DNA of 25,025 bases from Bacilli bacterium (GTDB taxonomy: Bacteria > Bacillota_I > Bacilli_A > RF39 > UBA660): NCBI GenBank assembly GCA_028708005.1, contig JAQVZV010000001.1:1-25025 (forward strand), written 5' to 3'. A program made the position numbers and the translations under genes. Positions 15,872-24,931 of this stretch are shown piece by piece. The notes under the pieces are model-generated. The model ran no database searches and was not told the DNA's origin. It saw nothing but the letters and a program-made list of their open reading frames with translations. Each line of letters begins with the position of its first letter. The stretch's first letter is position 1.

Positions 15872-17309
15872 CGTTAGTTTTTATTTGGAATTCCGTTTTA
15901 ATGTAGAAAACTGAAATAAGTGTGGTTATAATAAGATTTATGTTTCTTTGCCATGAAGGAGGATAAAAAAAATGAAGGAATGGAAACATTTATCAATAGA
16001 TCAAAGAAAAGTTATTTCCTCAGGAATATCTCATAATTATAAATTAAAAAATATTGGTGAAGCTTTAGGTTTTGATCCAACGAGCATTTCAAAAGAAGTT
16101 AAAAGAAATAGAATTGCTATTACTGTTGGACTAAATATAAATAATTGTAAAAGAGTTAATAGGTGGCCTTATGTTTGTTCTGGATGTAATAAAAGATATA
16201 ATAATTGTCCATTTACTAAGTATAAATACGATGCACAGTCCGCACAAAGGAAAGCTGATGTCAATTTAATTAACTCTAGAAAAGGTTTAGATATTGACTC
16301 TGATACTTTTAAAAAGTTAGATGAAACTATTAAAGAAGGTATTGAAAACAAGAAATCTCTTTATCAAATAAAAATAGAAAACAAAGATAATATTGATAAA
16401 TCTATAACTACATTATATAGATATGTAAATAATGGTTATTTAACTACTAAAAGAATGGATTTACCTTATGCAGTTACTTATAAAAAAAGGAAGCACAATA
16501 AAAAGTATGAATACTCCGAAAATAACAATATTGACAGGAGTGGTCATACTTATCTTGATTATCTGGCTTATTTACATAAGCATCCAGGAATCTACGTCTG
16601 GCAACTAGATTTCCTTGGGTCTATAAAGACAGATAACAATAATATTCTATCATTTATGTTGCCTAATTTGCAATTTATTATTATAGATTTGATAAAAAGT
16701 CCAAATTCAGAAAAAGTAGTTTCTTTTTTTGACAATCTTGAAGAAAGAATTGGAATCGATGCATTTATAGAATTAATCCCAGTTATTTTAACAGATAGAG
16801 ATCCTAACTTTACAGATATTAATGGGATTTGTTTTTCAAAAGCCACTGGTGAAGAAAGATGTAAGTTATTTTTCTGTGATCCATATGTATCTAATCAAAA
16901 ACCAAATGTAGAAAATGTTAATAAACAGCTTAGATTATTTTTCCAAAAGGGAAAAACAATAGATAAATATCAAAAAAAAGATATTAAAAACATAAATCAA
17001 ACACTACTTAATAGACCATTAAAATCTTTAGATGGAAATACTTCAAAAGAAGCATTTATTAAAGTATTTGACGAGGAATTATTTAGTAAATTGTTTAATT
17101 AATTAAACAATTTGTTGGCAGAGAAACAAAGTACCAAAACGGAAGTAAGTTTAAAAAACGGACTTTAGTCTGTTATTTTAGCGTGCGATGATATTAAAAC
17201 TTTTATATAAATTAAAGGACTTATTTCCGTTTTTGTTATACTTTTTCGGAAATAAGTCTGATATTCTAATATTTTTATTGAAAAACTGCATTTACTCTAA
17301 AAATTTACG
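15872..17309 (+). mobile_element. IS30-family insertion sequence, copy 2 (1438 bp)
   Basis: Appears identical to copy 1 (same protein; non-coding ends matched by eye). Confidence 0.9.
15972..17102 (+). CDS. IS30-family transposase (376 aa), identical to copy 1
   Basis: Same translation as 14519-15649. Confidence 0.9.
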   Translation: MKEWKHLSIDQRKVISSGISHNYKLKNIGEALGFDPTSISKEVKRNRIAITVGLNINNCKRVNRWPYVCSGCNKRYNNCPFTKYKYDAQSAQRKADVNLINSRKGLDIDSDTFKKLDETIKEGIENKKSLYQIKIENKDNIDKSITTLYRYVNNGYLTTKRMDLPYAVTYKKRKHNKKYEYSENNNIDRSGHTYLDYLAYLHKHPGIYVWQLDFLGSIKTDNNNILSFMLPNLQFIIIDLIKSPNSEKVVSFFDNLEERIGIDAFIELIPVILTDRDPNFTDINGICFSKATGEERCKLFFCDPYVSNQKPNVENVNKQLRLFFQKGKTIDKYQKKDIKNINQTLLNRPLKSLDGNTSKEAFIKVFDEELFSKLFN

Positions 17310-19640
17310 ATTATCTTTACTTAAATCAAGTGCTCTGCAAACATCTTTATATTCATTTACGAAAATGAATTCAAGATCTTCTTTAATTTCCATAGGAATT
17401 TCATCTAAATCCCTCTTGTTCTTACTAGGAATAATTATTTTTTCTAAACCGCTTCGATGAGCTCCCATAGCTTTTTCTTTTAATCCACCTATCGGTAATA
17501 CGTGCCCTTGCAATGTTATTTCGCCTGTCATGCCTACTTTATGATTAATTGGCTTATTCATGAAGGCGCTCAATAATGCAGTTGTCAATGCTATTCCGGC
17601 ACTAGGGCCATCTTTAGGAATAGCGCCTTCTGGTAAATGTATGTGAATATCGTTATTCTCAAGTAATTTATAATCAATTCCAAACTCATCATAATGACTC
17701 TTTATATAACTTATTGCAATATTAGCTGATTCTTTTATGACCTCACCTAACGAACCTGTTAAAACCAAGTTGCCTTTGCCCTTATAGAAAGTCACTTCTA
17801 TTGGTAAGATGTCACCACCAAATTGGGTATATGCTAAACCAACAGCTATTCCAATCTTATCAGCTTCTTCTTTTTCAGTATAAAAGTACTTTTGCTTTCC
17901 TAAATATGATTCTAGATTTTCCACATCTATCTTGTATCTTTTTTTCTTCTTCTCATTTGAGACAATATCGGTTACAGCCTTGCGACATATTGTCGCAATT
18001 AAACGTTCTATCTCCCTTACACCAGCTTCTTTAGTATAATGACTAATCATTTTTTTAATTGTCTCATCACTTATTTGGATGCTGCTTTTACCAAGTCCGT
18101 GATTCTCAAGTTCTTTAGGTAATATGTGTTTCTTTACAATATCTAATTTTTCATATTCAGTATAACCAGATAATTCTATTACTTCCAAACGATCTCTTAA
18201 AGGCTCTGGGATATTTGATAAATAATTAGCTGTTAAGATGAATAATATTTGTGATAAATCGTATTCTTCCTCCAAGTAATTATCATAGAAGGTTTGATTT
18301 TGTTCTTGATCAAGCACTTCTAATAAAGCACTAGCAGGGTCCCCCTTATAATCCTTTGTCATTTTATCTATTTCATCAATTAAGAATAAGGGATTTGAAC
18401 TACCCGCCTTTTTAATGCCTGATATAATACGCCCAGGATTAGCCCCTATATAAGTACGTCTGTGTCCAATAATTTCAGCTTCATCATTAACACCACCAAC
18501 TGATATTTTAACAAAGTTGCGTTTCATGCTGTTGGCAATACTTTTCGCTAAAGATGTTTTCCCAACACCTGGCGGCCCCACAAGACATATTATAGGTGAT
18601 TTAACGTCCTGCTTCATTTGTCTAACAGCCAAGAATTCAATTATACGATCCTTCACTTTATCTAAACCGTAATGTGATGCATCTAACACTTTTCTTGTTT
18701 GAATTAAATTAGTATTATCAACTGTCGTTTTATTCCACGGCAGATCCAACAACCAATCAATATAGTTTCTAACAGTACTTATTTCTGGTGAATTAGTAGA
18801 TAATAATTCATACTTTTTCACTTCTTGATTAATTCTATTTATAATTCTAGCAGGATATCTATCCTCATCAATTTTGCTCTTGATTTGGTCAATATCATTA
18901 TCTTTTAAATCTACATCACCAAGTTCTTCCTTTATTACACGTAGTTTTTCTCGCAAAATAAACTCCCTTTGTGTTGCGTCTAATTGTTTTTTTACTTCTG
19001 TATCTATTTTTTCTTCTAATTCTATCAGTTGTTTTTCTTTTTTAATATCCTCTAAGAGCATTAAAAGTCGTGTGTAAGGATTAACTGTCTTCATATATTC
19101 TATTTTGCGTTCATATGGTACCGGTATATAAGTTGCAATTATATCTGTAGCTTTAGCTATGCTTTTGATTTCTGCCATTTCTGCTATAATTCCATTACTA
19201 AGATCATGACGAGTTTCAATATAATCTTCAAACTCTTTTATTAATTTACGCATCAATATTATTTCATCTTTTGGAGTAATAGCAAATTGAGTAGTATTAC
19301 CTACTGTCCCTTCTAATATTTTGGGATTTTCTTCGCGATTGCTATAACCTTGAACAGATACCCTATTCAATCCCACAATTATAGCTCTTGTAATTCCGTT
19401 ATGAAGTTCCATCTTTAATTTTATCTTACCCATAATAGCGATTTTAGGCAATTGAGCTACATTGACAGATTCTTCTAAAGGATTGGTGAGTGGAACAATT
19501 AAAACATTGCTATCATGCATTTTTTCTGCCAATTCAAATGTATCTTTATCTATATCACTATTTACTTCTAATCTTATTTCTGAATACGGTAATAATACTA
19601 CACCCCTAAGTAGGATTACTGGTAAAGTTGTATTGACCAT
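17292..19640 (-). CDS. lon: ATP-dependent protease La (Lon), C-terminus extended by IS sequence
   Basis: LPVILLR N-domain, Walker A GPPGVGKTS, LIDEIDK, catalytic PKDGPSAG; ATG 19640 with GGAGG RBS; last 5 residues RKFLE and the stop lie inside the IS. Confidence 0.97.
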   Translation of the reverse strand: MVNTTLPVILLRGVVLLPYSEIRLEVNSDIDKDTFELAEKMHDSNVLIVPLTNPLEESVNVAQLPKIAIMGKIKLKMELHNGITRAIIVGLNRVSVQGYSNREENPKILEGTVGNTTQFAITPKDEIILMRKLIKEFEDYIETRHDLSNGIIAEMAEIKSIAKATDIIATYIPVPYERKIEYMKTVNPYTRLLMLLEDIKKEKQLIELEEKIDTEVKKQLDATQREFILREKLRVIKEELGDVDLKDNDIDQIKSKIDEDRYPARIINRINQEVKKYELLSTNSPEISTVRNYIDWLLDLPWNKTTVDNTNLIQTRKVLDASHYGLDKVKDRIIEFLAVRQMKQDVKSPIICLVGPPGVGKTSLAKSIANSMKRNFVKISVGGVNDEAEIIGHRRTYIGANPGRIISGIKKAGSSNPLFLIDEIDKMTKDYKGDPASALLEVLDQEQNQTFYDNYLEEEYDLSQILFILTANYLSNIPEPLRDRLEVIELSGYTEYEKLDIVKKHILPKELENHGLGKSSIQISDETIKKMISHYTKEAGVREIERLIATICRKAVTDIVSNEKKKKRYKIDVENLESYLGKQKYFYTEKEEADKIGIAVGLAYTQFGGDILPIEVTFYKGKGNLVLTGSLGEVIKESANIAISYIKSHYDEFGIDYKLLENNDIHIHLPEGAIPKDGPSAGIALTTALLSAFMNKPINHKVGMTGEITLQGHVLPIGGLKEKAMGAHRSGLEKIIIPSKNKRDLDEIPMEIKEDLEFIFVNEYKDVCRALDLSKDNRKFLE
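17310..17324. repeat. Right target-site duplication (15 bp)
   Basis: ATTATCTTTACTTAA is identical to 14404-14418; on the minus strand it encodes the last five native Lon residues LSKDN. Confidence 0.92.
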
Positions 19641-19687
19641 CAAGGCACCTCCTAAGGAAATATATTTGTTTGGTTTTAATACCCTTT

Positions 19688-19715
19688 ATTATATCTATTT
19701 GAGTTATTTTGTCAA
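19688..19715 (-). promoter_or_regulatory. sigmaA promoter of lon
   Basis: Perfect TTGACA-16 bp-TATAAT on the minus strand. Confidence 0.8.
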
Positions 19716-19716
19716 C

Positions 19717-19757
19717 AAAAAAGAACCGTAATTATACATTATAATTATGGTCCTTTT
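19717..19757 (-). terminator. Intrinsic terminator after tig
   Basis: Minus strand AAAAGGACCATAATTAT-AATGT-ATAATTACGGTTCTTTTTT (one mismatch, one G-U). Confidence 0.7.
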
Positions 19758-19767
19758 ATTTATTTAA

Positions 19768-21012
19768 TCAATTATTTTCTCTTAGCAAATCAAATATCTT
19801 TCTTGTCTTTAAATCACTCTTAATAGCATCCTTAAGTCCATGTAATTCTTTAATTTCTTCTTCTTTTAATTGATATTTAAGGGCTAGTAAAGGTATCTCA
19901 GCATCGACTTCTGCATCTGTTATTTCAATCTTCTCTGATTTAGCTATTTCGTTCATTATTAATGATTGTAAAATTCTTTTGCGTGCTGGTTCTTCGTACT
20001 CCTCGTGTAACTTTTCGTGTGTTGTGTTAGCCATTTGCATAAATTGATCTAACTTTATTCCTTGCATCATTAGATTTTGTTCTAATTGATTCAACATAAA
20101 ATGAATTTCTTCGTCAATCATCTCTTCAGGTATTTCGACATCTACATTTTTAGCTATTTCTTCTAAGATTTGTTCAACAAAAGTCTGTTGGTTAGACTCT
20201 TCTTTATGCGAGATTATTTCTTTCTCCATATATTCATATAATTCTTCTTTTGATGATACACCTTCAATATCTAAATCTTTAAAGAATTCATCATTAAGTT
20301 CTGGAATTAATTTTGTTTTAACTTCATTTATTTTGACTTTAAAAACTACTTCCTTACCTTTTAATTCCTCACTAGGATAATCCTTTGGGAAAGTAACGTT
20401 GATATCTTTTTCATCCCCAGCCTTTAAGCCGACCAATTGTTCCTCAAAACCAGGAATAAATGTTTTGCTGCCAATTTCAAGTGGATAATTTTCTCCTCTG
20501 CCGCCTTCAAAAGCGACGTCTTCTTTAAATCCTTGGAAATCAATAACCGCTGTATCACCAATTACAATTTCATCTTCTTTTAGAGCAATTTCAGCATACT
20601 GCTTTCTAAGTTCTTCAATTTCCTTTTCAACTTCTTCTTTTGTAACCTTAATACTAGGTTTCTTTAAACCAAGTTTCTTATATTTTTTGATTTTGATTTC
20701 TGGTTTGGTTATTACTTCAAATTGTATTTCAATACCGTTATCATCTATTTTTTTGATATCAATATTAGGACGTGCGACTGGTTCTATATTATTATCTGCT
20801 ATAAGTTTCTCATATGCCTCCGGTAACACAAAATCAATAGCATCCATGTATAAAGATTCTTTACCAATCTTTTTCTCATAAATATCACGAGGAACCTTGC
20901 CTTCTCTAAAACCTGCCACCTTAGTCTTTTTAACATTCTTTTTAAATGATTTATCTAAGGCGTTGTCCCATTCTTTCTTTTCTATTCTAACTGTAAATTG
21001 TTGCTTACTCAT
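19768..21012 (-). CDS. tig: Trigger factor
   Basis: GFREGKVP ribosome-binding motif; FKBP domain (FEGGRGENYPLEIGSKTFIPGFEEQLVG); GGAGG RBS. Confidence 0.97.
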   Translation of the reverse strand: MSKQQFTVRIEKKEWDNALDKSFKKNVKKTKVAGFREGKVPRDIYEKKIGKESLYMDAIDFVLPEAYEKLIADNNIEPVARPNIDIKKIDDNGIEIQFEVITKPEIKIKKYKKLGLKKPSIKVTKEEVEKEIEELRKQYAEIALKEDEIVIGDTAVIDFQGFKEDVAFEGGRGENYPLEIGSKTFIPGFEEQLVGLKAGDEKDINVTFPKDYPSEELKGKEVVFKVKINEVKTKLIPELNDEFFKDLDIEGVSSKEELYEYMEKEIISHKEESNQQTFVEQILEEIAKNVDVEIPEEMIDEEIHFMLNQLEQNLMMQGIKLDQFMQMANTTHEKLHEEYEEPARKRILQSLIMNEIAKSEKIEITDAEVDAEIPLLALKYQLKEEEIKELHGLKDAIKSDLKTRKIFDLLRENN

Positions 21013-21046
21013 ATATTTCCCTCCTCAATTTATATTACAACAAAAC

Positions 21047-21063
21047 GATTACCATAGGTAATC
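21047..21063 (-). terminator. Intrinsic terminator after greA
   Basis: Minus strand GATTACC-TAT-GGTAATC followed by GTTTTGTT. Confidence 0.6.
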
Positions 21064-21540
21064 TTATTTTATATCAACTATTTCAATATCATATTTACCG
21101 TTAGGCGAGTTGACAGTAACAACATCACCTTTTTTATGTCCGGTAATTGCTGTTGCTATAGGAGATTCATTTGATATTCGATTTTCAGATGGATCTGCCT
21201 CTTTGCTACCAACAATCATATATTCTTCAGTTTCCTCATCATCAATATATTTGATAGTAACAGTTGCCCCTATTTCTACCTTACTAAATTGAGAATTAGT
21301 AATAATAATAGCGTTTTCTACTAAAGATTCCAAATCTTGAATACGAGCTTCTAAAACTGCTTGTTCTTCGCGGGCAGCATGATAGTCAGCATTTTCTGAC
21401 AAATCACCAAGTGCGCGAGCCTCTTTAATAGCTCTAATTATTTCTGGACGGTCTTGTGATTTTAGAATTTTCAATTCCTCTCTAACTTTATCCAATCCTT
21501 CTTTTGTTAAATATATTTCTTTGCTTTTTTCATTTATCAT
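21064..21540 (-). CDS. greA: Transcription elongation factor GreA
   Basis: YLTKEG, GDLSENADY and ISNESPIATA motifs. Confidence 0.97.
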   Translation of the reverse strand: MINEKSKEIYLTKEGLDKVREELKILKSQDRPEIIRAIKEARALGDLSENADYHAAREEQAVLEARIQDLESLVENAIIITNSQFSKVEIGATVTIKYIDDEETEEYMIVGSKEADPSENRISNESPIATAITGHKKGDVVTVNSPNGKYDIEIVDIK

Positions 21541-21567
21541 TTTATCACCTCACAAGTAATCTCTAAG

Positions 21568-21596
21568 AGAATACTATAAATTAACAATTATGTCAA
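21568..21596 (-). promoter_or_regulatory. sigmaA promoter of greA
   Basis: TTGACA-17 bp-TATTCT; the -35 overlaps the TGA stop of the upstream gene. Confidence 0.65.
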
Positions 21597-22816
21597 CTGT
21601 TAATCTTAATTCTCATTAAATCATCTTTCTTTACTTTTTTTAGTAACGGAACCCTTACTATCTGTTGTGGATGCCTTGCGGCATCTAACGGCTTTCCGAG
21701 TTCATCTTTAATATATTCTATTCTAAATGAATAATTGTCTATATTAGGCCCAAATATTTCAACTTCATCTCCAATAGTAAAGAAATTTCGTTGTTCTATT
21801 ATAACTTCTTTAAGATTCTCATCATAATCTAAAACAATACCTAAGAAATCTTGGTTAGAGAGTTCAATTCTGCCAGCATAATATTGTTCTTCTACCCCTG
21901 GTTTATGAACGAAATATTGTGGGACTGCATCACGATTAGCACATCTATAAAGTATTTTTTCATAATCTTTATTATATTCATATTTATCAGGATTATTGCA
22001 GTATTCATCTATTACCCTACGGTAAGTGTGTAAGATGGTTGCTATATAATATATAGACCTCATACGTCCTTCTATTTTAAATGATTTTACGCCCATTTCA
22101 ATAAGATCTGGAATATATTTTAACATTGATAAATCTTTAGGCGAGATTGCATAATCAACATTTGTTTTAATATCGTTTTTAAGTTCATCTTGTAATGCGA
22201 AGCTCCAACGACATATTTGACTACAACCACCACGATTAGAGTCTCTCATCGTAAGATAATTTGATAATACACAACGTCCACTGTAACCACTGCACATTGC
22301 TCCATGAATAAATACTTCCGCGTCCACTCCTGTTTTATCAATAATTTCTCTTATATCATTACCTGATGCTTCGCGGCCAAGAACAATTCTTTTAGCTCCT
22401 TCTTTTTGCCAAAACTTAACAGCTTCGTAATTAATTGTTGATTGCTGAGTGCTTATATGTATCTCCATGTTTGGAATAACACGTTTAGCTAAATCTAATA
22501 CTAACGGATCAGATATTATAATAGCATCAACACCACATTCATCTAATGAAATTAAATACTCCTCGAGTCCTTCTACATCTTTACTATGAAAAATGATATT
22601 AACTGTTACATAAACCTTTGCATTATAAGAATGAGCAAAGTCACAAGCACTTTTTATTTCAGATATTGTGAAGTTATCATTATTAGCTCTAAGTCCATAA
22701 TTACGTCCACCAATATATACAGCATCAGCCCCATATATAATAGCATATTTTAGTTTTTCAAGATTACCAGCCGGAGCCAACAACTCCGGTTTATTTAATA
22801 CCTTAAATTTAGTCAT
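21593..22816 (-). CDS. U32 family tRNA hydroxylation protein, YrrO/TrhP2-like
   Basis: KPELLAPAG, GADAVYIGG, HGAMCSGYSGRC...RGGCSQICRW (4 Cys for Fe-S) and SFKIEGRM; synteny trmR-yrrN-yrrO-(udk)-greA. Confidence 0.9.
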   Translation of the reverse strand: MTKFKVLNKPELLAPAGNLEKLKYAIIYGADAVYIGGRNYGLRANNDNFTISEIKSACDFAHSYNAKVYVTVNIIFHSKDVEGLEEYLISLDECGVDAIIISDPLVLDLAKRVIPNMEIHISTQQSTINYEAVKFWQKEGAKRIVLGREASGNDIREIIDKTGVDAEVFIHGAMCSGYSGRCVLSNYLTMRDSNRGGCSQICRWSFALQDELKNDIKTNVDYAISPKDLSMLKYIPDLIEMGVKSFKIEGRMRSIYYIATILHTYRRVIDEYCNNPDKYEYNKDYEKILYRCANRDAVPQYFVHKPGVEEQYYAGRIELSNQDFLGIVLDYDENLKEVIIEQRNFFTIGDEVEIFGPNIDNYSFRIEYIKDELGKPLDAARHPQQIVRVPLLKKVKKDDLMRIKINS

Positions 22817-23699
22817 TGCTCTTCACCCTATAAATAGTTTCTTTATATAAAAAACCTTTGTCTGTTTTAGCCGGACTAGTCTCAGTTACCATTTCGCTAA
22901 TCTCATTAAGTTCTTTTTTATCATTAATACAAGAAAGCGCCTTAATATAATATTGAAATACTTTATTAAAATCACTGTCAGGAATATTTAGACTACTCAA
23001 TACTAAATAATCAATACTATCATTTAATACTGGCATTTCATCTATAACATTAATAATATGCGAACTTAAAATAACTGTTCCATTATCGTCTTCATATGTT
23101 GGATATGATTCATTACGATTCTTTTCATACATATGATAAACCTTGTCTTCTTTATACTTACCAATATACTCGCAATAACTAGTTAATAAGGCCCGACTTG
23201 AAACAAACATCGGTAAGTATCCATAACCATACATTACTAATGACATGTTTGTCTGTTTTTTGATTTCTAAGATTTGATTTAGTGTTACCTCAGTACTAAG
23301 GAGACCATACTTAACTCCCTTCTTATACCAATAATTAGATGAATAATAATTAGTAAAAGAATGGATTCCAAACCAAACAAGAGGGGTTTTTAATGATAAT
23401 GAAGTAACTAAATTAAGGACTGCTAAATCATCATATATGATGCCATCTACACCGATATTTTCTATAACTAATAAATATTCCTTTAATAAAGGAATATCAT
23501 GATTGTACATTAATTTGTTTAAACTTATAAATATTTGTTTGCCTAATTGCTTTATCCTAGAAACTATATCTTCTAACTTTGAAATTGATACTTCTAACGG
23601 GACAAGCCAACTCAAACCTTCAGCGCCTATAATAAAGCCGTCTGCGTCTTTAAAATTGGTTAAGTCAGCTGAATTATTAGGCATTACTAATATTTTCAT
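22809..23699 (-). CDS. U32 family protein, YrrN/TrhP1-like
   Basis: 298-aa ORF between trmR and yrrO; YGYLPMFVSSRALL motif, lacks the Cys cluster as YrrN does; start at 23699 or 23705. Confidence 0.82.
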   Translation of the reverse strand: MKILVMPNNSADLTNFKDADGFIIGAEGLSWLVPLEVSISKLEDIVSRIKQLGKQIFISLNKLMYNHDIPLLKEYLLVIENIGVDGIIYDDLAVLNLVTSLSLKTPLVWFGIHSFTNYYSSNYWYKKGVKYGLLSTEVTLNQILEIKKQTNMSLVMYGYGYLPMFVSSRALLTSYCEYIGKYKEDKVYHMYEKNRNESYPTYEDDNGTVILSSHIINVIDEMPVLNDSIDYLVLSSLNIPDSDFNKVFQYYIKALSCINDKKELNEISEMVTETSPAKTDKGFLYKETIYRVKSND

Positions 23700-24276
23700 T
23701 ATCATCTTTCCTTTTTTGAGAAACGGCTAAACCATCCCCCACTTTATAGAAATTGGTTTCAAACTCTTTATTATCTTTTAAAAATAAAATATACTTTTTA
23801 ATTTTATCAACTAATTGTCTTAAATTTTTCTTTTCAATTTTCTTATTTTGCTCTACTAAACCATGAAAATAAATATTATCACTGATAATAGTACCATTTT
23901 CTTTAACATTAGGTGCATATTTTTGAAAATAATCTATGTATTTACCTTTGGCAGCATCAATAAATATTAAATCATATTTTTCCTCTAGTTTTAACTCTAA
24001 CGCATCTCCTAAAATAAGATTAATTCTCTTATCTAAATCAAAACGCTTGATATTCCTTAATGCTTCTAAATATCTAACTTCATCCCTCTCAATCGTTGTA
24101 ACTATTACATTAGGACCAGATAAAGCCATATTGATAGCTGAATAACCGATTGCGCTACCTATTTCCAATATTGATTTAATATTGTTAGTCTTAATATAAT
24201 CGACTAAAAATTTCAACCCTTTCTTATCCATTATGGGTACGTTATTTTCTTCGGCATATTTTTCAATTGCTTTCAT
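23677..24276 (-). CDS. trmR: tRNA 5-hydroxyuridine O-methyltransferase (YrrM/TrmR-like)
   Basis: YAEENNVPIM, ILEIGSAIGYSA (SAM-binding) and FIDAAKGKY; position upstream of the U32 pair. Confidence 0.85.
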   Translation of the reverse strand: MKAIEKYAEENNVPIMDKKGLKFLVDYIKTNNIKSILEIGSAIGYSAINMALSGPNVIVTTIERDEVRYLEALRNIKRFDLDKRINLILGDALELKLEEKYDLIFIDAAKGKYIDYFQKYAPNVKENGTIISDNIYFHGLVEQNKKIEKKNLRQLVDKIKKYILFLKDNKEFETNFYKVGDGLAVSQKRKDDNENISNA

Positions 24277-24301
24277 ATGTGTATTAATAAAAACATCTCC
24301 T

Positions 24302-24622
24302 TTATTGTTTATCAGCAGACAAATATTTAATTATTTCTGGTGAACTCATATTTTGTTTAACCATAAACGAGCCCGTTTTCAGCTCATCAATACTATTGAT
24401 TTTCAAATATATTTTAAACACTTTAGGATTCCTGATTAGCTTTTCAGCATAAAGAGTGGTCGCTACTTCATCCATATTGTGACCATCTTTAATTTGGATT
24501 TCCTTTTCTTCTATATTATTACTAACAGGGCTCAGATAATAATTAAATAATGAGCCTACAATAATAATGAAAAAACTTAAGGAAAAAAAGAGAAAAACAG
24601 CGAAATCTCTAAACCTTTTCAC
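24302..24622 (-). CDS. Truncated MltG/YceG (TM plus LysM-like N-terminal region only; catalytic domain absent); possibly a pseudogene
   Basis: 106 aa, GTG start with no clear RBS; TM followed by IQIKDGHNMDEVATTLYAEKLIRNPKVF...LKTGSFMVKQNMSSPEIIKYL, as in the MltG N-terminus; occupies the yrrL(mltG) slot between DUF1292 and trmR. Confidence 0.7.
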   Translation of the reverse strand: MKRFRDFAVFLFFSLSFFIIIVGSLFNYYLSPVSNNIEEKEIQIKDGHNMDEVATTLYAEKLIRNPKVFKIYLKINSIDELKTGSFMVKQNMSSPEIIKYLSADKQ

Positions 24623-24648
24623 AATATTTAAATGATATCAAAACGAGC

Positions 24649-24930
24649 TTATTGCTCGCCTGCTTCCCCTTCTTTATTTTGTAAACTATCAAGAATTGTT
24701 TCGATGATTTTCCACTCTTTTTCAGTTTCGATTTCTCCTAAAGTGGTTTTATCATTGTCAGGTTCATAAGTTGATGCGTATACTTTAGTATTACCTTCTT
24801 CATCCGTTGAATTATCAGTATAAATAATATAATGCTTACCTGTTTCATCTGAGTCAAATGTAAATAGTACTTCGCATTTTACCTCTTTCCCTTGATCATC
24901 AATAACAGTAAAAATATTCTTTTCTTCCAT
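24649..24930 (-). CDS. DUF1292 (YrzB-like) acidic protein
   Basis: FTVIDDQGKEVKCEVLFTFDS...IETEKEWKIIETIL; syntenic after ruvX. Confidence 0.88.
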   Translation of the reverse strand: MEEKNIFTVIDDQGKEVKCEVLFTFDSDETGKHYIIYTDNSTDEEGNTKVYASTYEPDNDKTTLGEIETEKEWKIIETILDSLQNKEGEAGEQ

Positions 24931-24931
24931 T

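Noticed and set aside
14716-16846. Minus-strand ORFs within the transposases (14716-14898, 15139-15393 and their copies)
   Set aside because: Antisense shadows without RBS or motifs. An antisense RNA like IS30 RNA-C cannot be excluded, but nothing here supports one.
15735-17460. Hydrophobic ORF starting in the IS right end (59 aa across the junction from 15735; 90 aa from 17188 into lon antisense)
   Set aside because: No RBS; its C-terminus depends on whatever flanks the IS; overlaps the palindromic elements; likely a chance open frame
19768-21595. Possible genetic code 4 (TGA=Trp), given the low GC and reduced gene set
   Set aside because: All long genes are full length under code 11; TGA serves as the stop for tig and the yrrO-like gene
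9639-23730. Other opposite-strand or off-frame ORFs (9639-9941, 11603-11905, 17801-18034, 18874-19077, 19462-19731, 20687-20881, 21110-21292, 21851-22033, 23503-23730; also 23936-24145)
   Set aside because: All overlap well-supported genes on the other strand; no independent signals
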